Shown: piece after piece, positions 22,101 to 32,950 of the stretch | Numbering within the stretch: the first letter of the stretch is position 1 | How the letters are laid out: every line of letters starts with the position of its first letter | Assembly (NCBI GenBank): GCA_000004985.1 | Contig: GG738856.1 | DNA from: Naegleria gruberi | Lineage: Eukaryota | Length of the DNA stretch: 64,000 nt | Direction: 5' to 3' (one strand) | Position numbers and translations under genes: made by a program | The notes under the pieces: model-generated | What the model was told of the DNA's origin: nothing | Seen by the model: only the letters and a program-made list of their open reading frames with translations | The model's database searches: none

Positions 22101-23516
22101 ATGACAAGATTTAATTCCTCACTTGAACGTTTAATAAACATTATCAAGCCTAATTATTATTTGTTTACAAAAAAAATGATCAATAAGAAATCTCATCATA
22201 AAAAGCCTTTTGATCATCGTAATCATGATCATGATAATACAATAGATCATGTTCCGATGATGGTAGGTGAAAAATCACTACTTGAAATAGGTTCCGATTG
22301 TATTTTGGAAATATTTAAATATCATGTTGAAACATCTGATGATATTTTAGTATTATCACATACATGTTCAGATTTTAAACAATTAATTAATACAAATACG
22401 GAAATTTGGACTTGTAAAATTAAATCAATATTTAAAAGAAAGGCTTTACAATTTCAAAATTTCAAAGTTAATAGAGTTGATTTGTTAAATCAATTTTTAT
22501 TAAATAATTTAACAGATAATTATTATTTACTTCCAGAAAAGGAAGTTTATCAATTTTCTAAAAAAAATGGTGGAGAATTTATTAATATGATTACAAATAC
22601 AAATGATTTAATCAAGTATTTTAAATATGAAAAACAAGTTGAATCTGATTTTAATAATAGAAATTTCATTTATTCCAAATTAGGAAATCTATTTGAATGG
22701 ATTCAAAGAATTTTTATAATCTTATTTTGTATTTATATTTCATTCCAAGAATATTATGTGGTCATGAAAACAGCATTAGATTTAAATATATATAGTTGGG
22801 TTAAATATTCTGATTTAATTATTTATACTTCTCTAATTTTGGAATCTTTAATTATTTTTATAGATGTTTTTATTTTGTGCTATTTTAGTGAATTTATTTT
22901 AAATATTAAAAAATCCATTAAAAGAGCCTATTCAAAAATTACATACACGCGCAGATATAAAATTATAGTACTCATTCTAATTCTATCAATTGCATCATTA
23001 TTTATTAGAATTATGTTTTATTTTAATAATGATAGTGATGGTTCTCTTTTACAAGAACGTAGAAAATATTATAATGAATTGGATTTGGAAAATGCAAATA
23101 TTTTACAAAGATTTCAATTAGGTGTATTTAATGGTGAAGAAATATTTAGATCTTTAATTAACAATTTTAATTTATTACTTTCAATTCCATTGGCTTTTGG
23201 ATATTATGAAGCTTCTAAATTTTTAACGGAATTTAATACTTTATTTGTTTTTGGAGTGGGAATTTATTTACAATTATTTACTTTGATATTTTTTACTAAT
23301 ATTTTAACTCCTATTTTAGCATTTGTTATTGCTATATTAGGAGGATATTATTATAAGTATGATATTTCTAATTGGAAAAAAATATTATCAATTGCAACAT
23401 CACATTTATTTGCTTATTTGGGATTTTCATCATTTTATATATTTTTACCACATGTAATTTATTTTACTATTTGTGAGAATACTGGTCATGGAAGTTCAGA
23501 GGATATAAATTTTTAA
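22101..23516 (+). CDS. F-box-like protein with a C-terminal multi-pass membrane region.
   Basis: F-box-like LLEIGSDCILEIFKYHVETSDDILVLSHTCSDFKQLINTNTEIW, followed by about 6 hydrophobic helices. The first ATG is at 22101; the ORF-track start at 22011 uses an alternative start codon. Confidence 0.45.
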   Translation: MTRFNSSLERLINIIKPNYYLFTKKMINKKSHHKKPFDHRNHDHDNTIDHVPMMVGEKSLLEIGSDCILEIFKYHVETSDDILVLSHTCSDFKQLINTNTEIWTCKIKSIFKRKALQFQNFKVNRVDLLNQFLLNNLTDNYYLLPEKEVYQFSKKNGGEFINMITNTNDLIKYFKYEKQVESDFNNRNFIYSKLGNLFEWIQRIFIILFCIYISFQEYYVVMKTALDLNIYSWVKYSDLIIYTSLILESLIIFIDVFILCYFSEFILNIKKSIKRAYSKITYTRRYKIIVLILILSIASLFIRIMFYFNNDSDGSLLQERRKYYNELDLENANILQRFQLGVFNGEEIFRSLINNFNLLLSIPLAFGYYEASKFLTEFNTLFVFGVGIYLQLFTLIFFTNILTPILAFVIAILGGYYYKYDISNWKKILSIATSHLFAYLGFSSFYIFLPHVIYFTICENTGHGSSEDINF

Positions 23517-24354
23517 TTTTATCGTTTCTGGATAGAAGAACTTTGATTGTGGTTGTAATAAGGCAAGTAGTCGTTTGGTAGAACTATTCGAATAAATTGA
23601 ATGGTTGATGAGTGAGGACTGTTACAAAACATGTTACTATCACAAGGATCCTTGACAGTATGTAATATTTCTCACTAACACATCTGATGCTTCAATAATT
23701 GTGAGCCACTTTTCATCCCAAATATTCTATTAAATTCATTATCATCCCAACAATTTGTTTCAAAAAAACTGTAGATCAAATGAGTAAAACCCATTTCATT
23801 GTATTTTGATATGGAGACTTTACAATGAAATCTATTCAAGAGACTCTTTTATTTCAGATATGATACTACTTACAAGTTGGAGATACGCTCAACTTGTATT
23901 GAAATAATTAGATTTATTAGCAATAATACCTTCAATTATTAGAAAGATTGACTTTTTCCTTTTTAGTATTGACACAATTCCGCTTGTCATTTTACAATGT
24001 GCACCAATCAGAGTGTTACATTTTTCAGTACAAAATATATTTAATATTATTATACAATCAGATACTTCACTCTGCTGAACCTAACTTTCGTTTCCTTTCA
24101 CACTGAATCGAACTAATGTTTAAATTCTAACATAAAAATCACCAATGTCACTACTATTTCAGCTTCAGTGGAAGATTCTACTTCAGTTGAAAATTGACGT
24201 CTTTATCGGCAATGGTTTTTTGAAAAGGGAAACTTTTTTCAAAGCCTAAAAAAAATCGCTTGACATTAGACTGAAACAATTTCAGTGATTTACAAGCAAT
24301 CTACCTCAACACCACTCTAATAACAGTGAACCAAACTAATTACTTTGAGAGTAA

Positions 24355-26449
24355 ATGTATTATAATAATATGATGGCAACTACAACATCAACTGAAGAAC
24401 ATGATATATTTCAATATCATTCTAATTTTCAAATTCTATCCAATGGAAGTAAATCAACAACAACAACTTCACCTAACAAACAACAACAACCTTTAAATTC
24501 TACCGATACTACTATTACTACTACTAACGATACATTATCATCTCTATCAACTGATAATATACCAATGGCTATTTCACCCTCCTTGTTATCGGTAGAAGAT
24601 TCTACAACAGTCTACAGTACAAGTTGTAATGATTCATCACTCATGATGGATCAACAATCTTCATCATCACTCGTTTCTTCATCCATTATAAACTCAACAA
24701 TATCTAATAATAATAATATTAATAATAATATTAATAACAATAACAATAATAACAATAATAATAATATTAACGGTTCAATTCCACTAATAACACTCAACCA
24801 AGAACAAAATGGTTCAGATCATGATGAATTAATTGATGTACATAGTTCATCATCCCCTAATCAATCACCTTCACATTCAACTGGAACACCGACAGATGAA
24901 GATTCGTTTACCTTCTCCAATTTAAATTGTTCTAATAGAAGTATTAATATTGCAATAACACCAACAACAAGTTTAAATGATTTAACTGTGGAATCATCAA
25001 GTGATTCATTATTATTATCAGATAATTATTCATTACAATATCCTCAATACTATTCTAATCAGACAGATCCTAAAAATTTACTTTTCCAATATTGTGTTGA
25101 GGGAAAGGAAGATTTATTTATTGAATTGTTAAAAGAACAAATTGAATCACCAAATCAAACATTGGGAAATTCATCACTTGATGCTAATAGAGTTTTAACA
25201 AGTCAATTCATTTATCATGATTTTGATAAATGTACTCTATTTCATTTATCAAGTAAATTTAATAGAGTCAATTCAATGGAGAAAATGTTGGAATATTTAC
25301 CTTCAATTTTAACATTTAAAGATTCAAAACAAGCTAATTGTTTATTTTATGCAGTTTCTAATAATTCAAAAGAAGCTTGTGCTCTAGTTTGTAATTATTA
25401 TTCAATGATAAATGGTTTATCAGATAAGAAATTTACAAATGAATTAGACATGTATGGTAATTGTTGTTTATATTTGGCAATGCAAAAATCTTTTTATGAA
25501 TTGGCTGATTTACTTTTATTATTTGGTGCTAATATTGATATTAGTTTTAAAACAGGTGAAACAATGTTACATAGAGCTATAACAGAGAGAAGATTAGATA
25601 TTGTTGAATATTTATCAAAGAAGGGTGCAAATTTATTGAAACAAAATCAAAATAATGTAAGTAGCTTTTTTTTTACCATTACTGGAAAGGTATTTAATCT
25701 TTTTGAACTATGTGTTGATTTTAAAATGTCAATTGATAATTGAACTATTTGTTGATAATTGATTCAATTGATTTATATCTTCTATAATATAATAGGAAAA
25801 TCCATTATTTAATGTATTTGTTCATCAGAAAAAGAAGGAAACCAATGTAAATACAAGTCAAGATAGTATCAATAGTACTGGTAGTAATGGTGGTAATAAC
25901 AAGACACCAACAAGTTTAGAATCACCAACTCATAGTGCACCACTCTTTTCATCAAATAATTCAAATTTCTGTAGAAATGGAGCTCTATTTTTACAAAATC
26001 TATTGAAAAGTAATGCATTTTCAAGTGAAATTATAATGAAAGGATTAAAACAAAAGAATTCTCATGGACGTACAATGTTTCAAGAATGTATTGTAAAAGG
26101 AGATTTACCAAGTTTTAAAGTACTAGTTGCCTATTTAACAACAAGAGAAAATTCAGAACAAACTCTTTCATGGTTTGTGAATGATGTTGAAAATCAAAAA
26201 CAAAGAACTTCACTTCATTTATCAGTTGCTTACAAACAATTTCACATGTGTAAGATTCTAGTTGATGCCATTCCAGGTATTGCTAAATTAGATACACTTG
26301 ATTCTGATGGTAAAACTGCAATGGATTTGGCAAGAGAAACAAATCAGGAAAATACCATTCAATTTTTCAATGAAATTCAACAATTACAGAAAGAAAAGAA
26401 AAGTTCTGGATTTGGTTTTAAAAAATTATTTAGAAGACTGAAAAAGTAA
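24355..26449 (+). CDS. Ankyrin-repeat protein. Two exons: 24355..25656 and 25796..26449.
   Basis: The intron has a GTAAGT donor at 25657 and an ATAG acceptor at 25795. Both exons carry ankyrin repeats (GNCCLYLAMQKSFYELADLLLLFGANID, GETMLHRAITERRLDIVEYLSKKGAN; SLHLSVAYKQFHMCKILVD, GKTAMDLARETNQ). Confidence 0.6.
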
Positions 26450-26611
26450 ATTGTACATATTTTGTAAACTTACTATTATTATTGAAATAATAATAATAAT
26501 GGATCTCATACAACAACAACAACAACAACATTATCAAATAATTTATCATCATCAACATCATCAACATCAACAACAATAACATTACAAAGTGCTCAACAAT
26601 TTTTCAAAAAT

Positions 26612-28390
26612 ATGAAAAAGGGTAAAATTGATATTGTAGAACAAATGTTAAAAGAGAATATAAATTTTCTAATGATACGAGATGTAGATGGAAGTACAGC
26701 ATTAATTAAAGCAGCATCTAAAAATTTAGTAAATTTTGTAGATTTATTTTGTAAATATAGTAGAGATAACAAACTTGGATTTAGTTGTTTAGATTTAACT
26801 AATAAGGATAGATATACAGCAATTAATATAGCAGTTAAAAAACAAAATATTCAAGTTGTAAAATTATTATTATCATATAATGCAGATATAACAAATACAC
26901 CAAATAAGGATGGTAATTTACCTATACATAGTGCGAGTAGACGTGGATTTACAGATGTTATTTCAATTTTAGTAAATTATGATATAAAACAATTAAATAT
27001 AATGAATCCATTAAATAATAGAACACCTATATTTATGGCAGCACAACATGGTCATTTAAAAACTGTTGAATGGTTTTTAGATCAAGATGGAATTGATTTA
27101 TCTATAAAAAGTTGTGATTACAAAAGACCAATACATTCAGCTGCATCACATGATAATTTAGATGTTTTAAAATTATTATTAGAAAAAGGACGAGAAAATA
27201 TTAATGTTATTACAACAAATGAAACTGATAAGGATAAAAGATATACTCCAATGCATTATTGTTGTAAAAAAGGTGCTTTAAAAACTGCTAAATATTTATT
27301 AGAAAGAGGTTCTCTATTAGGAATATTCATTTTAAATGCTCAACATGGTTATTTTGGTAAAAAAACACCTCTCTATTTAGCTGTTCATGGTAAAAAGGAT
27401 GAAATTGTTGAATTATTTTTAACTTATTATAAAATTATTAATGAAATGATTAATGAAATTGAAAAATCAGAAGAATTAATTAATATTAATATCAATACTA
27501 GTAATATCAATACTAGTAATAATAATACTAGTAATAATATCAATAATAATGATAGTAATAATAATAATAATGAATCTAAAAATTCAAATGAAAATGAATC
27601 AAGAATATTTAAAAAAATTGAAAAGTATAACAAATTTTCATTAGATTTAAGTTTAATTTATAAAACGTTAAATGAATATTTAAAAAAAGAAGATATTCAA
27701 GCAATAATATCAGATCCATCAAGTGAAAATTCAGGAGATTCAGATAATGATAATGCTGATGATTTCCAAAGAAACGAGGAAAAGAAATTATCAAGTGATT
27801 ATAAAAGAGTTACAAGATCAATTAAAAATGTTATACAAATTGCAACTTCAGAAGAGAATCAAGAATTAGTACATTTATCATTTTCAATTGTTCATTTTGA
27901 TATTGTAAAAGTGTATTTAGAATATTTCCCAGAATTATTGAATTGTAAATCAACTTCAAATGGAAATACATTAATTAATAAGGCAGCACATATTGGACAT
28001 TTAGAAATAATGAAATATTTAGTTTCAAAAGGAAGTAATATTTCAATACCAAATGATGTTGGTAATAGACCTATTCATAGAGCTGCGTATTGTGGACATT
28101 CTGAAATTGTTAAATTTCTCGTTGAGGATTGTGGAGAAAAGGTTGATGTATTTCAACATTCAACTCCAAAAACTAAACGGTTAGAAACATCTCTACATTT
28201 AGCTGCTAGAAAAGGTTGGATTGAATGTGTTAAAATTTTACTTTTAAATGGTTCTGATATTACACTTGCTACTAAGAGTGATAATCCAAATGGAAGAAGA
28301 GATGCACTTCAATTATCTAAGAGATATAATCAATTCCTTGTTTTTGATTTTCTTGAAAAGGTTTTCCAGAGAGTTACTCGATCTTATTAA
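26612..28390 (+). CDS. Ankyrin-repeat protein with an Asn-rich central linker.
   Basis: An N-terminal ankyrin array (GSTALIKAASKNLVNFVDLF, YTAINIAVKKQNIQVVKLLLSYNADI, NLPIHSASRRGFTDVISILV, TPIFMAAQHGHLKTVEWFL) and a C-terminal array (GNTLINKAAHIGHLEIMKYLVSKGSNI, NRPIHRAAYCGHSEIVKFLV, SLHLAARKGWIECVKILLLNGSDI). Confidence 0.65.
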   Translation: MKKGKIDIVEQMLKENINFLMIRDVDGSTALIKAASKNLVNFVDLFCKYSRDNKLGFSCLDLTNKDRYTAINIAVKKQNIQVVKLLLSYNADITNTPNKDGNLPIHSASRRGFTDVISILVNYDIKQLNIMNPLNNRTPIFMAAQHGHLKTVEWFLDQDGIDLSIKSCDYKRPIHSAASHDNLDVLKLLLEKGRENINVITTNETDKDKRYTPMHYCCKKGALKTAKYLLERGSLLGIFILNAQHGYFGKKTPLYLAVHGKKDEIVELFLTYYKIINEMINEIEKSEELINININTSNINTSNNNTSNNINNNDSNNNNNESKNSNENESRIFKKIEKYNKFSLDLSLIYKTLNEYLKKEDIQAIISDPSSENSGDSDNDNADDFQRNEEKKLSSDYKRVTRSIKNVIQIATSEENQELVHLSFSIVHFDIVKVYLEYFPELLNCKSTSNGNTLINKAAHIGHLEIMKYLVSKGSNISIPNDVGNRPIHRAAYCGHSEIVKFLVEDCGEKVDVFQHSTPKTKRLETSLHLAARKGWIECVKILLLNGSDITLATKSDNPNGRRDALQLSKRYNQFLVFDFLEKVFQRVTRSY

Positions 28391-28634
28391 TATTGTCATC
28401 TTTCATTAATATTTGTTGAGATAATATTAGTGATATATTAGTGAATGATATATTGAATGATATTATTTTTAAAACTAAATTAACGTAATATTTTAACTGA
28501 AATCAAATGAAATAATACAAATAATAATACTATTTGTAATGGTATTATTAAAAAATTCAATAATTTGATTAATGATGTAAAAAAAGAAATGATATATTAT
28601 TAATAATAACCATTATAATTGTACAAATAAAATT

Positions 28635-29129
28635 TTAATTCTTAATCTTGTTCATTGCTTGATATTTTTGAATATCAAACCAAACCTTAAATAAATCACG
28701 TGTACCTAAAGCAAAAACAGAATTTGCTCTCAAATATAAATATGGTGATCCACTCAATTGAACAAGACATGGATAGAATGTATTTTCAAATATTGGTTTA
28801 CAAGGATCATTTTCAGGTGATTCTGACATGGCTTCCGATGGTGATTTTCCGTCTTTCTTTTCATTTAAACATTCTTTATATTTTCCTAATTGTGGTCCAC
28901 AAGGAGTATGTGGGGCATGAAGAAAACAATAAGAACACAAATACTTGTCTTCTTTCTGTATTAAATCTTCAGCAGTAACTAAAGGATATATTCTTCCGTT
29001 AACATCAAATTTATTCTTTAACACTTCTGGTCTAAATTGTGCAAGTGTCTTCAAGGCTTGTTGTCTTCTTTCCTCTTCCAATTTCCTTTCTTCCTCAGCA
29101 GCTGATAATGATTTGTTTGATATTGGCAT
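28635..29129 (-). CDS. Small CHCH-like (Cx9C / Cx10C) cysteine-motif protein, probably located in the mitochondrial intermembrane space.
   Basis: C-x9-C (CGPQLGKYKEC) and C-x10-C (CKPIFENTFYPC) spacings after a charged N-terminal helix. Confidence 0.4.
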   Translation of the reverse strand: MPISNKSLSAAEEERKLEEERRQQALKTLAQFRPEVLKNKFDVNGRIYPLVTAEDLIQKEDKYLCSYCFLHAPHTPCGPQLGKYKECLNEKKDGKSPSEAMSESPENDPCKPIFENTFYPCLVQLSGSPYLYLRANSVFALGTRDLFKVWFDIQKYQAMNKIKN

Positions 29130-29269
29130 TTTTTTAAATGTTATTTATTTATAAAAAAGCAATCAATTTCTATTGAATAGAAAACAAAGCCTTTTTTTTC
29201 ATCGTCTGTCTGTTACTATTGGATGATCATTATTTTGAGGAGCAGTAGTAGAAGATAATAATAATAACA

Positions 29270-32200
29270 ATGGATTTTGAATCATCACAACATTTAAATA
29301 TTCATTCTTCGGAAGAGGATTTATCATTGATCAGTGAATCAAGTGGTAATAATAATAATAATAACAATATCAGCAGCAACAGTAGTAGTAGTAGTGGTAC
29401 TATTAGTAATATTAGTAGTACATCAGATATTATTGGAAGTATTACTTCATCAAAAACAACTGATAACGAGGTTTTTGAAATTAGAGATTTCTCAACACTT
29501 TCATCATGGGAAAAGTATGTTATGATCAATTATCATCATCAATAATTTAATAATCATCATATTTAAATAATAATATTATAGATTAATAGATAAATTTGAA
29601 CAATTAATATTAGCATGGTTTAATAGATTTTCCAATTTTCAATTTACACCCACTGAAACATTCTTCTATAAGAGTCATATCATTCAATTTAATGGAACTA
29701 AATATTTATTTTCATATTATAATTTTAATCAATCATCTTTATCAGAAGAAGAACATGATCATCAAATAGAAAAGGATTTTCTTCATAGATCTCATCATTT
29801 AACTAGATGGTTTGGAGTTAAAGAATTTTTCATCATTTCTTTATATAACAATAATAATAATAACAAGCCTTCATCTTTATCACCATTTCATTCTTATCAT
29901 CATTCTAATAATAATAATAATTCATCCAATAATAATTCTAATAATTCATCTCATAATAATTCAAATAACATTTCAATTCAATCATCAACAAGTTTATCAT
30001 CTGCATTATCAGTTTCATTATCAAATTTAAATAAGAATGAAATATCATATTTTATATTATTAAATAATGAATGTTTAAATTATAATGGAAGATTAAATTC
30101 TAAAAATAATCAAGTTACTAAATATAAAAGTGAATCTTTATATGAAAAACAATTAAATTCTTCATATATAACATCATCTTTAATGAAATTAAGTGGAATG
30201 ATTGATTTATTTTGTATAAATTTAGGTAAACATATTAGAATTACAAATGAATTAACTATTAAATCTAGATATACATTTATATTACCATATTTAAATAGTA
30301 AAGAATGGTTAAAAATTAAAGATGATTTTAATTTTACAAAAAGTGAAAGAAATTTATTATTTACAATTGGTACAAAACAAGATCCAATTAAAAATTTTCA
30401 CTTTTCATGTATTTTTAATTCTATAAATATTAATGAACCAAATATAGATAATTTAAATATTAAAAATGCACATTTATGGGAATTAAAATTTAATCAATTA
30501 AAATTAAATGAATTTGAATTATCATCAAAATTAAAATTATTTATAAATAATATTATTTTAAATAATGAAAATGATAATACTTCCAATAATGGAAATAATT
30601 TATATATAAATGAAATAATTTATGATATATTTGAAACATTATCAGATGAAACATTTCAAATTAAATCAAAGTTATTAAATGAAAAACAAGAAATTAAATC
30701 ATGTCAACCTAATAGTTTATTAAGAAGATTTTGTGATCACATTTTAAGAATTAAATCAAAACAAGATTTAAAATTATTATGGAAATTATTTATTAAAGTT
30801 TTATTTAAATATTGGGAAGAATCAAATATAAATGATTTAATTAATGAATTTCCATTAAATATTTCATTCATTCCTTTTACAAATCAAAATGTTAATTGGT
30901 CAACTTGTTTAATTGAACAAAAAATTGACATGTTAAATATTTGTTGTTTAAAACAAATTGAAATTTTAAAAAATAATTTTAATTTAAATAATAATAATAA
31001 TAATAATAATAATACAAATAATACAAATGATAAGAATACTGAAAATAATAATATTAATATTAATAATAATACTGATAATAATAATGATAATATAAATGAA
31101 AAAGAATTTAATAATAAAAAAGATGAACAAGTTGAAGAAGAAGAAGAATGGAAAGATTCAGGCTTTGAAATATTATCAGATCATGAAAGTGTAGATTTAG
31201 ATGAAGAATATTTTGAAATTGAAAATGATGAAAATTTAGAATTAAAAGAAAATATAATTAAAATTATTGAAATTTCACCTGGTAAGGAAATTAAAATTCC
31301 AAAAACACAAAATCCACCACAAAATACAGAAGATGTTATTGAGGAGGAACGTGAAATTTTATCAAATATGATTTCATCAGATCAGAGAATTAGATTTCAA
31401 TGTGAAGGTTTAATTTCTGATATGCAAGCTTTTAAAGTATGTTATTTAATATTTTACAATAATATATTTAATAATACTTTACAATACTTTACAATAATAT
31501 ATTTAATAATATATTTAATAATAGTTTGTTAATCCTGGATGTGAATTTTCTGATTTTTTATTATGGTATTCACCTAAAGATGTTAAAGATGAAAATTTAA
31601 GTTCAAGAATGAAAATGAATGAAAATATTTGGAAGAAATTTTGGGAAGAATCAAAGCCTTTACCAATTTCAAAACAAAAACAAATTTTTGATCACAAATT
31701 ACAAGCAGAAAAAATTATACATCAAATTGAAACTATGGATTTTGATATTATTTTACAACAGTATGTAATAATATATTAATAATTTACAATAATATTATTT
31801 AATATTATATAATATTTAAAATATAGATTAATGATATGTACATTAACAGGACATTATTACATGTTAAAAGAATGGTGGATTGATTTAATTATGGATAGTA
31901 CAGATATATTTAGTAATGAATTTAAACAAGTTGATAAAAAATTAGATTTAAATTTACCTTTAATTAGAATTGTAGAAAGTAAATTTTTAAAAACAAAAGA
32001 AGATTTAAAATTATTATCTAATAATAGATTACAAGATAATAATGTAATTTTACAATGTGTTGAAAATATTCAAGATTTAGAATTATCAATTTCAATTATT
32101 TTATCAATCATTTCAAAAATTTCAATTCAAGGAAGAAAATCTTTTATGGAAATTTATAATTCTTCACAATTTTTATTAATTTCATTAGAAAATTTATTAA

Positions 32201-32517
32201 TTAATTCACAAGATTATATTCAATTTAATAATACTAATAATAATAATACTAATAATACTGATACTAATAATGCTAATAATAATAATAATGAAAATATTAA
32301 TGAAAGTATATGTGAATTTATTAATGATCAATTAGATTCAAATTCTAATAATAATAATAATAATAATAATATTGAAAGAGTGAGTGAATTTATATTAAGA
32401 TGTACAGCTCAAAGACCATATTTAATATCAGAACCTACTCAACAATTAATGTATGCTCTCATATCAAGAGATGAAATTAGAGTTTCAACTGCTTTAACTG
32501 AAAAAGTACCTTGGTAA
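29270..32517 (+). CDS. RAB3GAP1: Rab3 GTPase-activating protein catalytic subunit (Rab3GAP1). Four exons: 29270..29514, 29582..31436, 31525..31760 and 31827..32517.
   Basis: The N-terminus EVFEIRDFSTLSSWEK/LIDKFEQLILAW matches Rab3GAP1 EVFEITDFTTASEWERFISKVEEVL. Further matches are HHLTRWFGVKEFFII, LSGMIDLFCINLG, and the C-terminal block PGCEFSDFLLWYSPKD...WEESKPLPISKQKQIFD...LTGHYYMLKEW. The total is 3027 nt and all exons are in frame. Confidence 0.8.
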
Positions 32518-32950
32518 TCATCAACATGAACACACTCAATAATCATTATATTATACACATTAATAAAACATTATTCAAGGATATTATAATCATATCAATA
32601 TCAATATCAATAACAATAATAATACTCATTAATTGCAAGTGTACACTGAAAACAGACTATTAGTTGTATTGAATGGCTTAGCCACCCATTACAACTGTTA
32701 CTTCTCGAGTTCTAATAAGGACTCGCACTAGATGCGTTTATTTGAAAATTGAAGCTAAGGGTGCGTGTATTATAGACATGGTAAACATTCGATCGTTCCG
32801 TAGTTGGTTCATTAGTGTTGGTTGTTCGTTCAACTTATCTGAGGGGAGGAAAAACATGATGATTTTTTCAGTTCGCAAGTGTTAAGGCTCTTTTCATCAT
32901 CTTAAAAAAATACAACAACAACAAACTCTTAACTACCTTATACTCAAAAG

